The position numbers and the translations under genes were made by a program. From the UHGV virus genome UHGV-1341775: a DNA stretch of 15,929 nucleotides. One strand, written 5' to 3'. Origin of the DNA: a virus. Shown in pieces: positions 14,745 through 15,929 of this stretch. A model generated the notes under the pieces. It saw only the letters and a list, made by a program, of their open reading frames with translations, was not told the origin of the DNA and did not search any database. How positions within the stretch are numbered: position 1 is the stretch's first letter; each line of letters opens with the position of its first letter.

Positions 14745-15929
14745 TCACTCTTCGCCAATTTTCAGAACTTTCAGAGCTTCCGGCTGAGTAACAACATAAT
14801 CCAGATCTACCCAGATACGCGGAACGATAGCAGACTGTGCACGGTAGGTAGTGTCGTCCATATCCAGTTCCAGACCGCCCCACTCACCAATGGTGATGCC
14901 GGAGAAGTCACCCAGAACGATGTGATCTGCCGGAATAACACCAGAAGTAACTACTTCGTAACCAGCCAGTTTGCCGTTTTCGATAATATAACCGGAAACG
15001 CCGTTATCTTTCAGGGTAGATTCCAGTTCGGCAGCAGTTGCACCGCTCATCGCAAACTTGATCGCCTGAGCAGGAACGCCAGCGTCGGTCAGTTTAGCAA
15101 TTTCTTTCAGGAAATCTTTGTAAGAGAAAGCAGCTTTCTTCTCAACGCGACCACCGTCTACCAGTTGCTTAACCAGACCAGCCGGACCACGGTCGTTAGC
15201 TTTATCAGACAGAATCAGTTGTTCCAGTTTGATACGAACAGCTTTGTTAATGTGGTCAGTGATCAGGGTAGCGATGCCCGGAACAGTTTTCAGCGACTGA
15301 CGGCTGATCGGGTTGCCACCAGCAAAAGTTTTCGGAGACAGTTTCACGTTCGCAAATTCAGCTTTGCTTTCCGGCGCAGCACCGTTTTCATCAACGAAGC
15401 CGAAAGCATCAACGCTGGATTTAGTCATTTTTGGAATAGCGGTCGGAGCATTCAAGCCACTGTAAACAGTCACACCCAGACGACCCAGAACAGATTCCGG
15501 CATCAGCATTTCGATGTAGGATTCAGTCATCAGTTTTTCGTCGGTGATAGCAGTCAGATCGGCTTTGGTGTTACCAGCAGCAGCAGCACGCATAGCAGCA
15601 GCCGGAACGAATACAGAGCCACCGCGAGCAGCACGACCACGCTGCATAGTTGCAGTAGCAGCCATTGCGGAAAATTCAGCTTCGTTAGCACCCAGAGCTT
15701 CACCATCTACCAGAGAGCGAATTACGTTGTTCAGGTCAAAAGTTTTTTCCATGTTTTTTTCCTTATTAATTTGTTCGTTATTACGTTGAGCATTGGTAAT
15801 GTTATTTAGTGCCTTAGTGCGGAATGCTTCCGGCGTCATGTCTTTAATTGCCAATGCGCGTTTCAATTCTTCGTCGTCAATATTTAGTTCGCGTGCAATT
15901 TCGCGAATTTCTAATTCGTCTTCTTCGGA
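14745..15929 (-). CDS. Major capsid protein, HK97 fold, with probable N-terminal scaffolding (delta-like) region; 5' end outside window
   Basis: The track ORF 14745..15866 starts at a TTG, but the frame stays open to the window edge, so the true start is upstream. The translation is Ala-rich and carries HK97-like blocks (EFANVKLSPKTFAGGNPISRQSL; GYEVVTSGVIPADHIVLGDFSGITIGEWGGLELDMDD). The N-terminal region is helical and charged (EEDELEIREIARELNIDDEELKRALAIKD). A strong terminator follows. An internal ATG at 15752 with AAGGA upstream is an alternative start. Confidence 0.7.
   Translation of the reverse strand, partial: SEEDELEIREIARELNIDDEELKRALAIKDMTPEAFRTKALNNITNAQRNNEQINKEKNMEKTFDLNNVIRSLVDGEALGANEAEFSAMAATATMQRGRAARGGSVFVPAAAMRAAAAGNTKADLTAITDEKLMTESYIEMLMPESVLGRLGVTVYSGLNAPTAIPKMTKSSVDAFGFVDENGAAPESKAEFANVKLSPKTFAGGNPISRQSLKTVPGIATLITDHINKAVRIKLEQLILSDKANDRGPAGLVKQLVDGGRVEKKAAFSYKDFLKEIAKLTDAGVPAQAIKFAMSGATAAELESTLKDNGVSGYIIENGKLAGYEVVTSGVIPADHIVLGDFSGITIGEWGGLELDMDDTTYRAQSAIVPRIWVDLDYVVTQPEALKVLKIGEE

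Noticed and set aside
14922-15809. 295-aa plus-strand ORF
   Set aside because: It is fully embedded antisense in the capsid gene. The translation is low-complexity and Ser/Thr/Phe-rich with no Shine-Dalgarno motif. Its open frame is explained by the codon composition of the Ala-rich capsid gene on the opposite strand.
1-15929. CRISPR array, insertion sequence or transposon, integrase, toxin-antitoxin or stand-alone defence or anti-defence cassette
   Set aside because: There are no direct-repeat/spacer arrays, no terminal inverted repeats flanking a transposase-like ORF, and no unexplained ORFs on either strand. Every gene fits the collinear structural module.

Overview
This window is a contiguous block of the late structural operon of a tailed phage or prophage, of siphovirus type with a lambda/T1-like tail-tip gene order. 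All credible genes lie on the minus strand, tightly packed, most with Shine-Dalgarno motifs and several TAATG stop/start overlaps. Every plus-strand ORF in the track is antisense to one of these genes and is treated as an artefact.

Gene order on the minus strand, reading from 15929 down to 1:
- HK97-fold major capsid protein, 5' end outside the window (14745..15929), followed by an intrinsic terminator
- two small head-tail joining (neck) proteins (14305..14595, 13899..14321)
- a tail-tube-like protein with a C-terminal extension, called B here (13056..13889), followed by a terminator
- a 1231-aa side tail fibre with an N-terminal repeat array and a C-terminal self-cleaving chaperone domain (9287..12982)
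- three tandem paralogous glycine-rich proteins of about 100 aa (8342..9248)
- a short tail-tube protein, called A here (7817..8287), followed by a strong terminator
- two tail assembly chaperones (7426..7734, 7046..7396)
- an 809-aa tape measure protein (4613..7042)
- three tail-tip proteins: a 191-aa protein in the Dit/gpM position, a 217-aa protein in the gpL position, and an NlpC/P60-type K-like protein
- a J-like central fibre with fibronectin-III repeats, running off the window start (1..2882)

No rRNA, tRNA, CRISPR array, insertion sequence, integrase or recognisable defence system was seen. The most unusual features are the triplet of glycine-rich paralogs after the fibre gene, the two paralogous tube-like genes that bracket the fibre module, and a hydrophobic Gly/Ala-rich N-terminus on the J-like protein.

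All product calls rest on reading the translations, motif recognition and gene context. No homology search was run, so family names are provisional.
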